Source: Octopus vulgaris
Taxonomy: Eukaryota
Reading direction: 5' to 3'
NCBI GenBank assembly: GCA_951406725.2
Contig: OX597838.1
Span: 30,814,001 to 30,878,000, forward strand
DNA: 64,000 nucleotides
Shown: piece after piece, positions 27,031 through 41,038 of the stretch
Layout: each line of letters opens with the position of its first letter
Position numbering within the stretch: the stretch's first letter is position 1
Position numbers and translations under genes: made by a program
The notes under the pieces: generated by a model
What the model was told of the DNA's origin: nothing
What the model saw: the letters and a program-made list of their open reading frames with translations, nothing else
Database searches by the model: none

Positions 27031-27176
27031 AAAAAGAATATATATATATAATACTGTAAATAAGAGCCGGGTTGCGTTCCGTTCCGTTACTTGATAAAAA
27101 TACATCGTAAATAAACAACGAGAGATGAAAAACGCACGGGTATATTGAGGGTACAACCGGACGGGAAACAAACACA

Positions 27177-27308
27177 GAGGGTCTCTAATTCTTCAGCAGT
27201 TATCAATTATCAACCACATTGGTAATACTGTTTCGCACCATTAATGGTAAGACTGAGGACTTCCTATATTGGTGGTGCCTGCGAAATTCGCAGAGAATGT
27301 TGGGCCTC
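27177..27308 (-). ncRNA. Candidate reordered hammerhead, family C (inverted partial partner at 27393-27540)
   Basis: Minus strand: AUUCU, hairpin CUGCG/CGCAG, GCACCA ... CUCAGU-C-UUACCA-UUAA-UGGUGC-GAAAC ... UGAUAA-CUGCUGA-AGAAU. The partner copy supplies ACUGAG and CCGAUGA. Confidence 0.65.
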
Positions 27309-27545
27309 AATCAAACAAAACAAAACAGAGTGGACATACGAAAGTAAAAAAAAAAAAAAAAAAAATGAAATTTAAGACGATGAACCGTCTTAAATATGGG
27401 AAGTGCGAGACTGAGTTTTACCATTTTGGTTGATAACCGATGAAGAATTAGGGACCCTCTGAGTCTGTCTCCCATCCGGTTGTACCCTCAATATACCTAT
27501 GTGTTTTTTTTTTACCCCTCGTTGTTTATTTACAATGCATTTTTT

Positions 27546-27945
27546 CCAAACGACCTGAACATTAGCTTCAAGGTTCATCCAAGACTGAGACCACGGGCCA
27601 TACGTCCCCTGCCCAATTCAAGATCACAACATACATGTACACTGCAACATAATTTCTTTTCCCCCAACAGGCCCTGCACTATTTAACATTGTCCCGAAAG
27701 AGATCAAAGAGGAAAAGGATCCCATCAACTTTAAACGGAGTCTGGATAGATTCCTTCAAGGAATACCAGATAAGCCACCCATAATTGGATACAACTCACC
27801 CAACAAAAACTCACTACTTGAATGGACCATAAACAAAACTTGACTTAAACAGGATTCAAATAATCCTATCAGGTGGTGCTATTAAGTTAGACATGGCCTG
27901 GACCAATCTTTGGTCGAAACATATCTAAGTTTATCTAAGTTTATG
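27546..27945 (+). mobile_element. CR1-group LINE 3' end
   Basis: GPALFNIVPKEIKEEKDPINFKRSLDRFLQGIPDKP..NSLLEW, a 3' stem-loop and a (TATCTAAGTT)2 tail. The tail recurs inverted at ~32330-32400. Confidence 0.8.
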
Positions 27946-28043
27946 TATGTAGGTATGTATGTAGATCAGATAGGGTTAGAATCCAAGTTGGTCTTTAAAC
28001 TCTACGCCATATTACAATCCAGCGGAGAATCGTAGAGAAATGC

Positions 28044-28115
28044 ATGACCTATGTTAATGAATCTAAGAAATGCAGCTTATGCATAGCTGAAAGATCGTAT
28101 ATTCTTTTTAGATCT
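28044..28115 (+). mobile_element. Possible PLE endonuclease C-terminal fragment
   Basis: YVNESKKCSLCIAERSYIL resembles the Y..G...CxLCxxEK..I motif of some PLE GIY-YIG domains. Very short match. Confidence 0.4.
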
Positions 28116-28551
28116 AAGAATTCCACCGCACTGCAAAAATTCAGAGCTAATAATTTCAGCAAATTCTATTGGAGAACTGGAAGATGCTACCCTCTCCATA
28201 TTGAGCATCTGTTTCACAGATTTCGACTATCTCTGCTGAATTATTCTACAAGTTGCTCAGTTATGGCGTTAAAGTCAAAGGAGACATAACTCTTCTTTCC
28301 TTTCTGTCCATCTTTCCGCTTTTTGCATTAAGTTTCTTCTCGTTTTCGTGATTTTTTTTTTGTTCCAGCAATCAGCATCCTCATTCGCAAACTGAATAGA
28401 TCATATGCTCAAATCCTGAACGTTGCTTAGAAACTCAAAGCATGTTATAAAACACTACTTAGATTCGCGTCTCCATAGCAAGAAACAATTAGCAGCTCGT
28501 ATCTTTATACTGTGTACATTAAATAATATTTATCTCTCACTGGACGGAGTA

Positions 28552-28616
<65 letters not shown>

Positions 28617-28760
28617 AATGGATGAATGAATTATCCTTTGTTTACATGGAAAATTCAATAAACAGTTACCAGGGTAGCAAAATTCCCGCAAGTAACAAGG
28701 GTGTAGCGACTTATTCAAAGGTAGAAACTCCGGATTAATGTGCAGTAATTTGTATAGTAT

Positions 28761-28944
28761 AAGTAAATAAATGGAGTTGAGCGCAGATATTATCGAAAAA
28801 TTCTTTTACTTTCGACATATGTTTCGAAGACAACATTTGTTTTATTCCTTTGGAATAAAACAATAAAACAAATGTTGTCTTCGAAACATATGTCGAAAGT
28901 AAAAGAATTTGAATAACATCTGCGTTCATCTCCATTTATTTACT

Positions 28945-28945
<1 letters not shown>
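28761..28945. repeat. Near-perfect palindrome of a PLE-type terminus containing an HHR 3' half
   Basis: The arms mirror around ~28850 and carry GAAACATATGTC (palindromic stem III plus GUC). Confidence 0.75.
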
Positions 28946-29498
<553 letters not shown>

Positions 29499-29880
29499 AT
29501 GGATGTATGTATGTATTTCAAATCTCTTGTAAAAGTTTACTTGAAACAGATAGTTTTTGCAATAAGATTTCATGTGTGTAAGCGCTTTCGTTTTTCAACT
29601 TTTCAAACACACGCATTCCTGGATAATACAGAACGAGGAAGTTTTCTTTTCTTTTTTTTTTTTTTTCTAGTAATGGTGTCAAACTATTTCCGATTTAATT
29701 CCGGATTTAGAATTTAAAAAAAAAGATTTCTCCTTCTGCCTCTTGTAATAAATTATTTTCCATCTTTTATCTTGTGAAATGAGAAATATATTTTTTTAAA
29801 TTTTCCATTTGCACAAAATGTTTATAAAGAGACACGCGCGCGCGCACACACACACAATTAATGGGAACAATAAATGATTA

Positions 29881-29925
<45 letters not shown>

Positions 29926-30194
29926 AGCATGTTGTGCATAATAGCTGTGGTGTGTATGTGGGAGGGTGTATATAAGTGGGCAGGCAATTAAAAGCGTGTG
30001 TATAAAGTCAATAAGTCATTAGCACCCGGTGTCACCCGATGTCACCTGGTGCCGCCCGGTACATATTAATATTGTGAGGTGAACACAGTCGAGCCTGGCC
30101 GTTAATATTGATGAGTATAGGTTGGTGTATGGGTGTGTGTGTATATATATATATATACTCAAATGCGAATAAAGTATTAGGAAACACATACATT

Positions 30195-30273
<79 letters not shown>

Positions 30274-30337
30274 ACATACATAAATACAAACATAAATGCG
30301 TATATCTGTATACATATATAAATACGGATATTCGTAA

Positions 30338-30368
<31 letters not shown>

Positions 30369-30383
30369 GGTGTATGTATTGAC

Positions 30384-30419
<36 letters not shown>

Positions 30420-30421
30420 TA

Positions 30422-30479
<58 letters not shown>

Positions 30480-30626
30480 GTGCAAGCATTTATATGTGGG
30501 CGTGTATGCTCATATACATACATATATACAGACATGCATACATGCACACACGCACATATATGAATATATAAAGAGAGAGCGAGTGAGAGAGAAAGAGAGA
30601 AAGAAAGAAATAAGAAAAAGGAAAAG

Positions 30627-30674
<48 letters not shown>

Positions 30675-31564
30675 GAGTGTGTGTGTCTGTGTGTTTGTAT
30701 GGCGGGTGTCTTTATATTGATTGGGACGTATATTGAATATATTAGTGTCATATTCGTCTGTGTGAATTGTTGGAGATGACAGAAAAGTCTCAGCCGAAAC
30801 CACTTCTCGTGCGACTATTTCCTTCTCAGTTCGTTCACAATGTAATTTCGCTCCATTGACCAACCAGCGACAAGGTGCTTCTACGTGGTCGTGTCGTCTG
30901 CTAGAAATACCAACCAAGTGTCCCTGAAATCTCCCCATTCAGTGAAGGACACACTGCTAATATTGCTCATTGTAAAGTGTCGGGAAAGATACTTTGGTGT
31001 CTTTCATCCGATTAATTACGTCATGAGTCCAAAATCCGGCAGGTGGGGCAGCCCCGCCTTTCATCTCTCTAGCATCAATGTAATCGACTAACCCCTCCCC
31101 TCAAACTGCTGTCCTTGTAGCTAAAGTAGATATTACTGAAGGCGACGAGCTGGTTGAATCGTTACTCTGCCGGACAAAATGCTTAGCATCATTTTTTCCG
31201 ACCTTAACTTCTGAGGTCAAATGTTGCCAAGGTTGACTTTCCCTTTCATCCTATCGGGATCGATAAAATAAGAACCAGTTGAGCACTAGGATCGATTTAA
31301 TCGACTTGGCCCTCTCCCCCAAAATTGCTGGCCTTGTGACAAAATTTGAAACTATTTTTATCATTTAAAACAGTTTGGTTCGGTTCCATGAAACTTAAAG
31401 TTTCGCAGGGTTTTAAAAGAAAGCTGGGTGGCTCAAGGTCAGGGTACCGAATAAAGTAATAGAAAAAGAGCAAGATGGCTACTAGAAAACTGGCTGCTAT
31501 TGGTCAAGGCGGGTCACATGTTGTTAGAAGACTGATCGGCATATCATCGATGGTATATACTCTC

Positions 31565-31771
31565 TCTCTTTTACTCTTTTACTTGTTTCAGTCATTTGAC
31601 TGCGGCCATGCTGGAGCACGGCATTTAATCGAGCAACTCGACCCCGGGACTTATTCTTTGTAAGCCCAGTACTTATTCTATCGGTCTCTTTTGCCGAACC
31701 GCTAAGTGACGGAGACATAAACACCCCAGCATCGGTTGTCAAGCAATGCTAGGGAGACAAACACAGACACA

Positions 31772-31833
<62 letters not shown>

Positions 31834-31996
31834 CGTATATACGACGGGCTTCTTTCAGTTTCCGTCTACCAAATCCACTCACAAGGCTTTGGTCGGCCCG
31901 AGGCTATAGTTGAAGACACTTGCCCAAGGTGCCACGCAGTGGGACTGAACCCGGAACCATGTGCTTGGTAAGCAAGCTACTTACCACACAGCCACT

Positions 31997-31998
<2 letters not shown>
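31565..31998 (-). mobile_element. Family-1 SINE, full length
   Basis: Homology to 26616-27030. Confidence 0.9.
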
Positions 31999-32067
<69 letters not shown>

Positions 32068-32549
32068 ATCTTCTTGTCCAACTATGAGGTCCAAGAATTT
32101 TTCCTAATGTATTTGGTGTCGATGATGTGCCGATCACTCTTCTAACAACATGTGACCCGCCTTGACCAATAGGGGAAAAAATTATATTCAGGCTACACTG
32201 CGGCACACCTCGTACACCTATGTGACGCGGAGCACTGCAATAAACAGATCATTTGTGTAGATTATCCAGCAAGAAATTATGGAACATTCATCTGTCTTCT
32301 ACGACAAGAAAATCCACCAAATATAACTCAGATAACCTAGATATGTTTCGACCAAAGATTGGCCAAGGTCATGTCTAAATTAACAGCTCCACCTGATAGG
32401 AGGGAATTCTTGTTGAGTGAGTTTGTATATCGGTGTAGGTGGCTGTCCTTTGGCCTGTTACCCAGGAGTTTCCACTACGTGTCACCACTTCAAACGTACT
32501 GAAACAAAGAGACGGCAGAAGGTGGAGATATAATTTTAAAGTAATTCCC

Positions 32550-32642
<93 letters not shown>

Positions 32643-32645
32643 GTA

Positions 32646-32676
<31 letters not shown>

Positions 32677-32725
32677 GTATGTATGTATATATCTATACCT
32701 ATATCTATATTTATATCTGTATGTA

Positions 32726-32775
<50 letters not shown>

Positions 32776-32842
32776 CCTATCTATCTATCTATTTGTCTAT
32801 TTATCTATTTGTCTATCTATCTATCTACCTATCTATTTATCA

Positions 32843-32904
<62 letters not shown>

Positions 32905-32905
<1 letters not shown>

Positions 32906-33947
32906 ACGGGAAGCTTTATGAAAATAAACAAAAGACGAAGGCAGGTGGAAAACAAACGAACAATTGTATTAGTATGGCGCTCAGGAAATATAAATAAAAC
33001 AAGTCTTTAACGTTTCGAGCCTACGCTCTTCAACAGAAAGATACACAGAGAGAGAAAAACACAGAAAGAAGGAGAGAAAAAAATGCGTGCAGTAGCTAAC
33101 GAATCAACATGGCGATCTGATTTCGGCCAGAGGTCAAAGATCAAACATGAGACGCGAGAGCGAAATAAGGGGAGATAATAGGGTTGATAAAAGGGTTGAG
33201 GGACCAGCTAATAGTGCGTAGGAGGGGTCTGGATGTGTGTATGTATAGGGTTGGTGTATGTATTAGTATGTATAAGGGTGTGTGTGTGTGTGTGTGTGTG
33301 TATGAGAGAGTATTAGTGCGTAGGATTGGTCTGGACGTGCGTATGTATGGGGTTGGTGTATGTATTAGTATGTATTAGTATGTATTAGTACGTATTGGTA
33401 TGTATAAGTGTGTGTGTGTGTGTATGAGAGAGTATAAGTGCGTATGCGGGGTCTGGACGTGTGTATGTATAGGGTTGGTGTATGTATTAGTATGTACTAG
33501 TATGTATTAGTACGTATTAGTATGTATTAGTTGGTGTGTGTATTAGTATGGCACATCATATGTGATGTGATGTGTAAAGTCATGTGGTGTAGTGAGGAGA
33601 AGAGGGGGAGGGGGAGAAGAGGGGGAGAGAAGGGGAGGGGAAGAAGAGGGGAGGGGGGGGGAGAGGATGGGGGAGGAGGGGGATGAAGGAGGAAAGAGGA
33701 AGAGGGAGAGAGAGAAGGGGAGAGAGGGAGTGAGGGAGCAGAGGGAAGGGGAAGAGGGAGGGAGAAAGAGGGAAGAAGGGAAGGGGAGTAGGGGTGAAAG
33801 GATGAAGGACTGAAGAAGTAGGGGTCGGGGGGAAAGGATAGGTGAGGAGGGGGAGAGGGGGTTAGATGAGGAGGGGGGAGAGTTGAGACCAAATGGCGTA
33901 TAAGAGCGAAGAGAGAAGATTAATTCCTGTTCACGGCGCAAACGGGA

Positions 33948-33951
<4 letters not shown>
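32905..33951 (-). mobile_element. 5'-truncated Penelope-like element in (TA)n
   Basis: Begins with the GIY-YIG C-terminus DSRLRREQELIFSLRSYTPFGLN, followed by a simple-repeat-rich 3' UTR and an HHR-like motif at 33004-33041. Termini are shared with 9039-9120 and 61638-61853. Confidence 0.85.
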
Positions 33952-33983
<32 letters not shown>

Positions 33984-34380
33984 CACAGCTGTGAATACCT
34001 TGTCTTTGTGTTGGATGAAACGAGCCAACGAATACAATACAATGTATTACACTGCTTCAAAGAATGTTTTGTGAATGACTAACAACCGGTAGCACCAACC
34101 TGTTTATAACCATTGACACGTTGACCCGCCTTGACCCCTGACCCCCATAACCCCTGACCACTGAGTCCTGACCTGCTTACATATCTTGAAACAATAATGA
34201 AGCTTTATATCGGTTGTTTAATGAGATAATGTGTGGGAGAGTTTCGAACACCGGTGTCTGCAGTGGAGGTGTCGGTCTGTTTCAAATGGGCGCTGCTTTG
34301 TCTTCAATGTTCTTTTGTTTGACTGTATTTTTTTTTGTTCTTTGCGTCTGTGTCTGTCTGCCTCTATGTATGTATGTATG

Positions 34381-34414
<34 letters not shown>

Positions 34415-34574
34415 TGTATGTATGTATGTACGTACATATTTTCGCTGTTATTTATATGTTATGAATTTCTCACCGATGAAGGAGCCAGTGTCTAGCCGAG
34501 AAACAAGATTGTTTTATTGGAATTTTGACATCAAAATAGATTGTATGTCTGTCAATCTGTCTGTCTGTCTGTCA

Positions 34575-34612
<38 letters not shown>

Positions 34613-34774
34613 ATGTATGTATGTATGTTTGTATGTATGTATGTGTAGATTTGTATGTTTTATGTATGTATTCCATGCATATTGTTGCATATCCAGACAT
34701 GCTCACATATATATTTAAATGATAAATTTCTTGTAAGTTTTACAGATTTATACAGTTATAGTGATGGACTGGAT

Positions 34775-36165
34775 CTATAGTCTTCGAATTAGCTTTCTCC
34801 TTTCTGGTTTTAGCTTTCTGAGAGACCTAATATCTTTTGAGAGACCTAATATCTCAATATTGGTATTTAGGAAGTGTGTTACATATCCCAGGGCCCCAAT
34901 AATTACCGGTATAAACCTGAACTTGTAATCTGGATACAGTGACTGCAGATTTCTTGGTAGTTCAGCATAAGTGTTCTCTTTTTCATTGATCTTTAGCTTT
35001 ATGCTAACATAACGCTGGGCAGCTAATTTCCACAATTGTGCATAGTTTCCCTTCTTTATCGCAAAGCATTATATCAGGTCTTTTGTGTTTACATTTTATT
35101 GAGGCCTTCACTGAGACATTCCACCAGTATTCTTCTTTATTATGAATGGCTATGGCTTCTACCATATCGTGGGCTCCTATTTCTTTGTCCTCAGGATTAT
35201 CTTTTCGACGGATTTCATTATAGAGTGGCCTAGCTACAACATCATGTCTCGTCGATAGATAATATCGTGATGACATTTCGGACAACTGCTTATGATGTGG
35301 GTTATTTCTTCAGTGTGAAATCCACGAAGTCTGCATCGGTTGTCACATTTTATTGCTTTTCCTGCATCTCTATCCCTTTTGTGCATCAGATACTTGGTTG
35401 ATATTTCCTGTTCCTGGATTGTAAACGCATACCCTTCAAAGTGGGAGGTAGTAATCCAGCTATTGGTCCATGATAAATTGCTTTCATGATCAATGTTACT
35501 ATCATATCAGAGCTTTCTACTAACATATCGATGCATAGTCTTCTGCTCATATAGGCTCATCCTTTCATCTGATGATACGTTGCAGTAGAGTCGTGCGACT
35601 TCTTTGGGCATGTATTCTAGGTTATCAGACAAAGAGTGTTGCTCAAGGACTGCCTTCCAAGTTTCATGATGCTGTCAGCCGCATGTATGCAAACCTGATC
35701 AAGGGTTGCACTTCGACACTTGGTGGTTAAAAGATATTGCCGAAGAGATATGATGCGACATTCAAAGGCACTTTGGATCGATGCTAAGCCTCTGCCGCTT
35801 TGTTTTCGTTTTAGGTAGAAGCGGTCCACTGTTTATGTGGAAATTATATGTGCTTGTTAGTATTTTTCGGGTCTTCACATCAATGGCTCGGATCTCATCA
35901 AGCGTCCAATCAAAGAGCCCAAATATTGGTATGAGTACTGACACTGCAAACACTGTTTATTGAATGCAGAGAGTTCTGAGGTCCAAATTTTCTTTATTCG
36001 GCTGCAATATTCTTTAGTGACACGCGTTGTGTTACAGGTGTCATTGTAAGATATATTTTCATCCATCCTTAGATTCCTGTAACATTCCTTGTCAGATACA
36101 GGCGAAGCAGTCAAATCATTGATGGAGATGATACTAGTTTGGTTTATAGCTCTAAATGTATGTAT
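34775..36165 (-). mobile_element. R4/Dong-like non-LTR retrotransposon remnant (RT end, zinc knuckle, restriction-like endonuclease)
   Basis: Frameshifted motifs RFYLKRKQSGRGL, IQEQEISTKY, CRL....EEITHIISSCP, RHDVVAR, RPDIML..VEISCP, EKENTY and IPVIIGALG. Confidence 0.85.
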
Positions 36166-36454
36166 TGGTATATATTGCATGAAACAGGTTTCTTTCTCTA
36201 CCATTTTACACAGTTCAACCTACACAAGTTAATGTGTGAAAAACGAAATAGGAACTTGGAAAAAAGCGTCTATAAAACATCGAATGGCTATGGGGGTCCA
36301 CCAGAATAAAGTAATAACCAAAGGGTTCCATAGATAACAGATGGTTGAGAACCCCTGGACTAAACGCTCAGTGGTGTTTAATACTTGTTTTCAACAGCAA
36401 GAAGTGAGCCTAAAATGGAGCCGAAGTGGCGGTTGCCAAATTACGAATCCTACA

Positions 36455-36895
36455 TTTCTTTTACTCTTTTACTCTTTTACTTGTTTCAGTCTATTGACTG
36501 CGGCCATGCTGGAGCACCGCATTTAGTCGAGCAAATTAGAACCCCGGGACTTATTCTTTGTAAGCCCAGTACTTATTCTATCGGTCTCTTTTGCCGAACC
36601 GCTAAGTGACGGGGACGTAAACACACCAGCATCGGTTGTCAAGCAATGCTAGGGGGGGCAAACATAGACACACAAACACACACACACACACACACATACA
36701 TATACATATATATACACATATACATATATATACACATATACGACAGGCTTCTTTCAGTTTCCGTCTACCAAATCCACTCACAAGGCATTGGTCGGCCCGG
36801 GGCTATAGCAGAAGACACTTGCCCAAGATGCCACGCAGTGGGACTGAACCCAGAACCATGTGGTTGGTTAGCAAGCTATTTACCACACAGCCACA
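36455..36895 (-). mobile_element. Family-1 SINE, full length
   Basis: Homology to the other copies. Confidence 0.9.
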
Positions 36896-38143
36896 TTCAT
36901 TATTTATATTTGAGGGTTAGCCGTCAAATGTAAATAATGTAAATAATGTACATAATTCCTCATCTCTTAAATATAGCACTGTCTACATCATTCAGTCCAT
37001 CTGCATTTTCAACTTGTTTCGTCTGGAGAAAGGGACGGTGCCAATGACCTCTGCACGTCCTTCAAGAATGGTGAAATTGATGGCATTTCTGTTCCGTTTA
37101 AACTGCAGCGTGTCAACACCTGCAGGTAAGAAATGATCAGGGGAAGTTTCCAGTTGGGGGTGGTGGGGGATGATTTGGGGATGAAGGACTGAACATAGTT
37201 ATTAGAGTGGAGACGAAGATGGGGCTATACGGGAAGTGGTAAGTCGAGTAGGCTCGGGGTGTCTGAGCAATGGAGGTACAAAACTACCCAGCTACCCAGC
37301 TCTGAGGAACGGAGGCCATTATAGTCGTTGTGCAAAAGACAGAAAGTGAAGCAGAGGCACGAGTGTGTCCGTTGCTGATTGAATACCAATCAACGGAATG
37401 GCCCTTCTCTGGATGCGCGGCCCAGGAGGTCTGAGCGTGCACCAGCATCCCAGAACTGGCAGTGACATTCTAATGTGGGCCTATTTAAATTCATGTCACT
37501 GACCCAGTTCAGTTATTCGCCTTTTCTCGATTTATTTGTTTATCTGTCTATTTTCGTTAATTATTCCAATTATTATGGCCGAAAAATCTTCGTAATTATT
37601 TTTCGATCGGTACAAACATTCTTTGTACAAACACATCAAAAAAAAAAAAAAAAGGCAAGGGCAGACAACTCTTGACTAATGAACTCTTAAACAACCCAAC
37701 CATATCCGCCTCTCTCACTTCGCTTGTAAACAATCATCAGCTTTTTCTCCAAAGCATGAAAATTTAATTTCCTGTGAAATTAATTTTTAATGTCTTCAAA
37801 TTATTTCCGCTTATTTCGTTGGAGTGTGTGGTGGGGGTGGGGGGTGGGGGACAGGGTGACATGATGGATTGGAGGGGGGTGTCACACTAATGATTATATA
37901 TAAGTTTATCGTTTTTTAATTTCAATCGGCGAAGGGAAGCGAATTTGAATTTTTTTTTATGTACGTTACTGAGTTTACCTCGATTATCTAAATCCGTGTC
38001 GTTGACCTATTTCAGTTATTTCCCCTGGCATGGCACACTTTTTCTAATTATATGTAAACATGTATCGTACACGGCCTACAACGAAAATGACACGACAACG
38101 AAAATCCTTCCGATTCAGAGTGAATCCTTCAGCTGCCTCACCG

Positions 38144-38465
38144 ATCGCAGGGAACGTTCACCGCCGTCAGTTCATCGCAGGGAACGTTCACCGCCATCAG
38201 TTCATCGCAGAGAACGTTCACCGCCGTCAGTTCACCGCAGGGAACGTTCACCGCCATCAATTCATCGCAGGGAACGTTCACCGCCATCAGTTCATCGTAG
38301 GGAACGTTCACCGCAGGGAAAGTTCACCGCTATCAATTCATTGCAGGGAACGTTCACCGCCATCAGTTCATCGCAGGCAACATTCACCGCCATCAGTTCA
38401 TCGCAGAGAACGTTCACCGCCGTCAGTTCATCGCAGGGAACGTTCACCGCGAGAAAGGTTTACCG
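38144..38465. repeat. 30-bp minisatellite of two 15-bp subunits (TTCATCGCAGGGAACG / TTCACCGCCATCAG)
   Basis: About 10 well-conserved units are visible. Confidence 0.92.
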
Positions 38466-38496
38466 AGAAAATATATCCATACTATCTCACCATTAA

Positions 38497-38714
38497 TACT
38501 CTTTTAGTCTTTTACTTGTTTCAGCTCATTTGACTGCGGCCATGCTAGAGCACCACCTTTAGTCGAGCAAATCGATCCCAGGACTTATTCTTTGTAAGCT
38601 TAGTACTTATTCTATCGGTCTCTCTTTTGCCGAACCGCTAAGTGACGGGGATGTAAACACACCTGCATCGGTTGTCAAGCGATGTTGGGTAGGGGACAAA
38701 CACAGACACACACA

Positions 38715-38750
<36 letters not shown>

Positions 38751-38945
38751 ACATATATATATATATATGTATATATATATACGACGGGCTTCTTTCAATT
38801 TCCGTCTACCAAATCCACTCACAAGGCTTTGGTCGGCCCGAGGCTATAGTAGAAGACACTTGCCCAAGGTGCCATGCAGTGGAACTGAACCCGGAACCAT
38901 GTAGTTCGTAAGGAAGCTACTTACCATACAGCCATTTCTACGCCT
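38497..38945 (-). mobile_element. Family-1 SINE, full length
   Basis: Homology to the other copies. Confidence 0.9.
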
Positions 38946-39360
38946 ATTTCATTGAAGAAAAATAAAATTGTGAATTGAGGACGGTGAACTTACTGGATAT
39001 GGCCTTACCGCACTTGTCCAACTATCTTTTGATACTGACCATTCTTTGTATTCATTGCCGGAGTTTTTATCTATCACCCTCTACTATATTCCATGATAAT
39101 ATTTCCCAGATCTCTTCCTCATTGAATGTGGCAATAATAGATGAGCTTTTGTTTTTATTTCACACTGTTTAGTGGTTATATTTCACCTTGTAACACACAT
39201 TCATTTGTGTCTGTTGATCTCTGCAAGAAACTCTTAACATTTCTCCTTTAAATCCACATGTCAAACCATTGATTATGTTTTCTTCAAATTTCTTCAGTTT
39301 ACACACACACACACACACACACGTGTATGTGTGTTTGTGTGTGTGTGTGTGTGGGTAGGG

Positions 39361-39416
<56 letters not shown>

Positions 39417-39421
<5 letters not shown>

Positions 39422-39693
39422 GTAAAATACTATGTGACAATTATTCAATAGCCAAGATAAAACTCTGAGTTTCGGATGCCGAGGTGGAAATCCACAACAT
39501 CATCTCTTCGGTTATCTGAGATGGTCAGATAACCGAAGAGATGGTGTTGTGGATTTCCACCTCGGCATCCGAAACTCAGAGTTTTATCTTGGCTATTGAA
39601 TAAAGGTCACATAGTATTTTACAGATAAATTTCCTCTATTTACATAATATTGAGGTCCCTTTCTTTCTTTCTTTTGTTATCTTACCGTTTTTA

Positions 39694-39700
<7 letters not shown>
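39417..39700. mobile_element. PLE-type terminal repeat forming a 103-bp-arm palindrome, with U4C HHR variant
   Basis: Arms 39417-39519/39525-39627. HHR at 39528-39588: GAUAA-CCGAAGA...GAA-ACUCAGAGU-U-UUAUC. Confidence 0.75.
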
Positions 39701-39751
<51 letters not shown>

Positions 39752-40964
39752 AATTAGGTAGTTCTTTTACCGGTTGCGCATTTGTTATGCTTATATATAC
39801 ATACATATATATACGAGCAGGACCTGTGAATATTTCACGGAATCAAACATAAACTTGTTGAGTTATTTCTGACAAACCCTTACAGCGTCGCTTGTGTTGT
39901 GTCTGTATGGAAAGATAATCACTCTTCTGCTATTCATTGAGAAGTGAAAGAAATTGGAATACAAGGATTACTTAATGCACTTTATATACTTTATGCACAA
40001 TTTTATAGACTTAATACACAGAAATATTCAGAAAATAAATATTCATTCTTATTTTTCCATTTTCCCCATAAACAAAAAAAAACCAATCCTGTACATATGA
40101 TACAACCTTTAGATAAATTGCATATACCTATCACGTAAATAAAGGTGAATAATTGAACTTATACGCATGCGTGAAGTGATAGGTGATATAAAAAAATTAG
40201 TTCAATTTTTACAAAAATACATTTTTCCTTATCCAGTCACCACCACCACATCCGCCGCTACCACCTCCACCACCACCACCACCACCACCATCATCATCTG
40301 TCTTTCCCCCTCTTTCTCCCTCCTCTCTCTCCTCTTTCTCTCCTTTCACTCTGCCCTTCTTTAACCTCACCATCAGAACATCACCCCTCTGCTAAAATTA
40401 TATTTTTAACTCTCCTCTATCTTCAACTAGCTTTTTTAACCACATAATAAATATTACATTCCCCCTACCACACGTCATGAATGCTTCTTTCTTCCTCTTT
40501 TTCTCTCTCCCGCTTTCTGTCTCACTTTTCCCCTTATCCTTTTCTCTCTCCTTTATCTTTCTTATATTTTCCTCTTCAACTAATCACGTGAAAGCCTTAC
40601 AATTACATTCTCTTTATCTCGCATCATGGACGCTTCTCGATCCCTCTTTTTCTCCTATCACATGAAAGCGTTACCGACGGGCTAAGTAAACGGAATGACA
40701 AACAGAATTTTTATAATATATATATATATATATATATATAATCAATAAATTGTGTTACATACAAAATTAAGAGGATTAAAAATTGTGTTACATACAAAAT
40801 TAAGAGGAATAACCACTAAAGTGGACGCCTAATATGCTAAACATAGACGTCAAATCGCCATTACCACGAAGAAAGTGTTCTTAAGAAAAAAATCTCAGCA
40901 AAACACCAAAATGTAAAAATGAGCAAGACAAATGAAAACATACGAAATAAAAAAAAACGATTAC

Positions 40965-41038
40965 CTACATACCAATGGTTTCACTTGTTAATATCTACGT
41001 ATGCAAACACGCAGATATCTGCAAGATCGTCAGCGTAG
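40965..41038 (-). ncRNA. Type I hammerhead motif (PLE-type)
   Basis: CUACG-CUGACGA, a long stem II (CUUG/CAAG plus AUAUCUGCGU/ACGUAGAUAU), then GAA-ACCAUUGGU-A-UGUAG. Confidence 0.75.

Noticed and set aside
27885-27930. Stem-loop followed by GAAAC resembling an HHR
   Set aside because: No CUGANGA core; better explained as the 3' recognition stem-loop of the LINE.
36996-37130. Possible exon ending in CAG/GTAAG
   Set aside because: Weak acceptor, no recognisable peptide, and adjacent sequence may be transposon-derived.
38144-38465. CRISPR-like array
   Set aside because: Pure tandem repeat without unique spacers, in a eukaryotic context with no cas genes.
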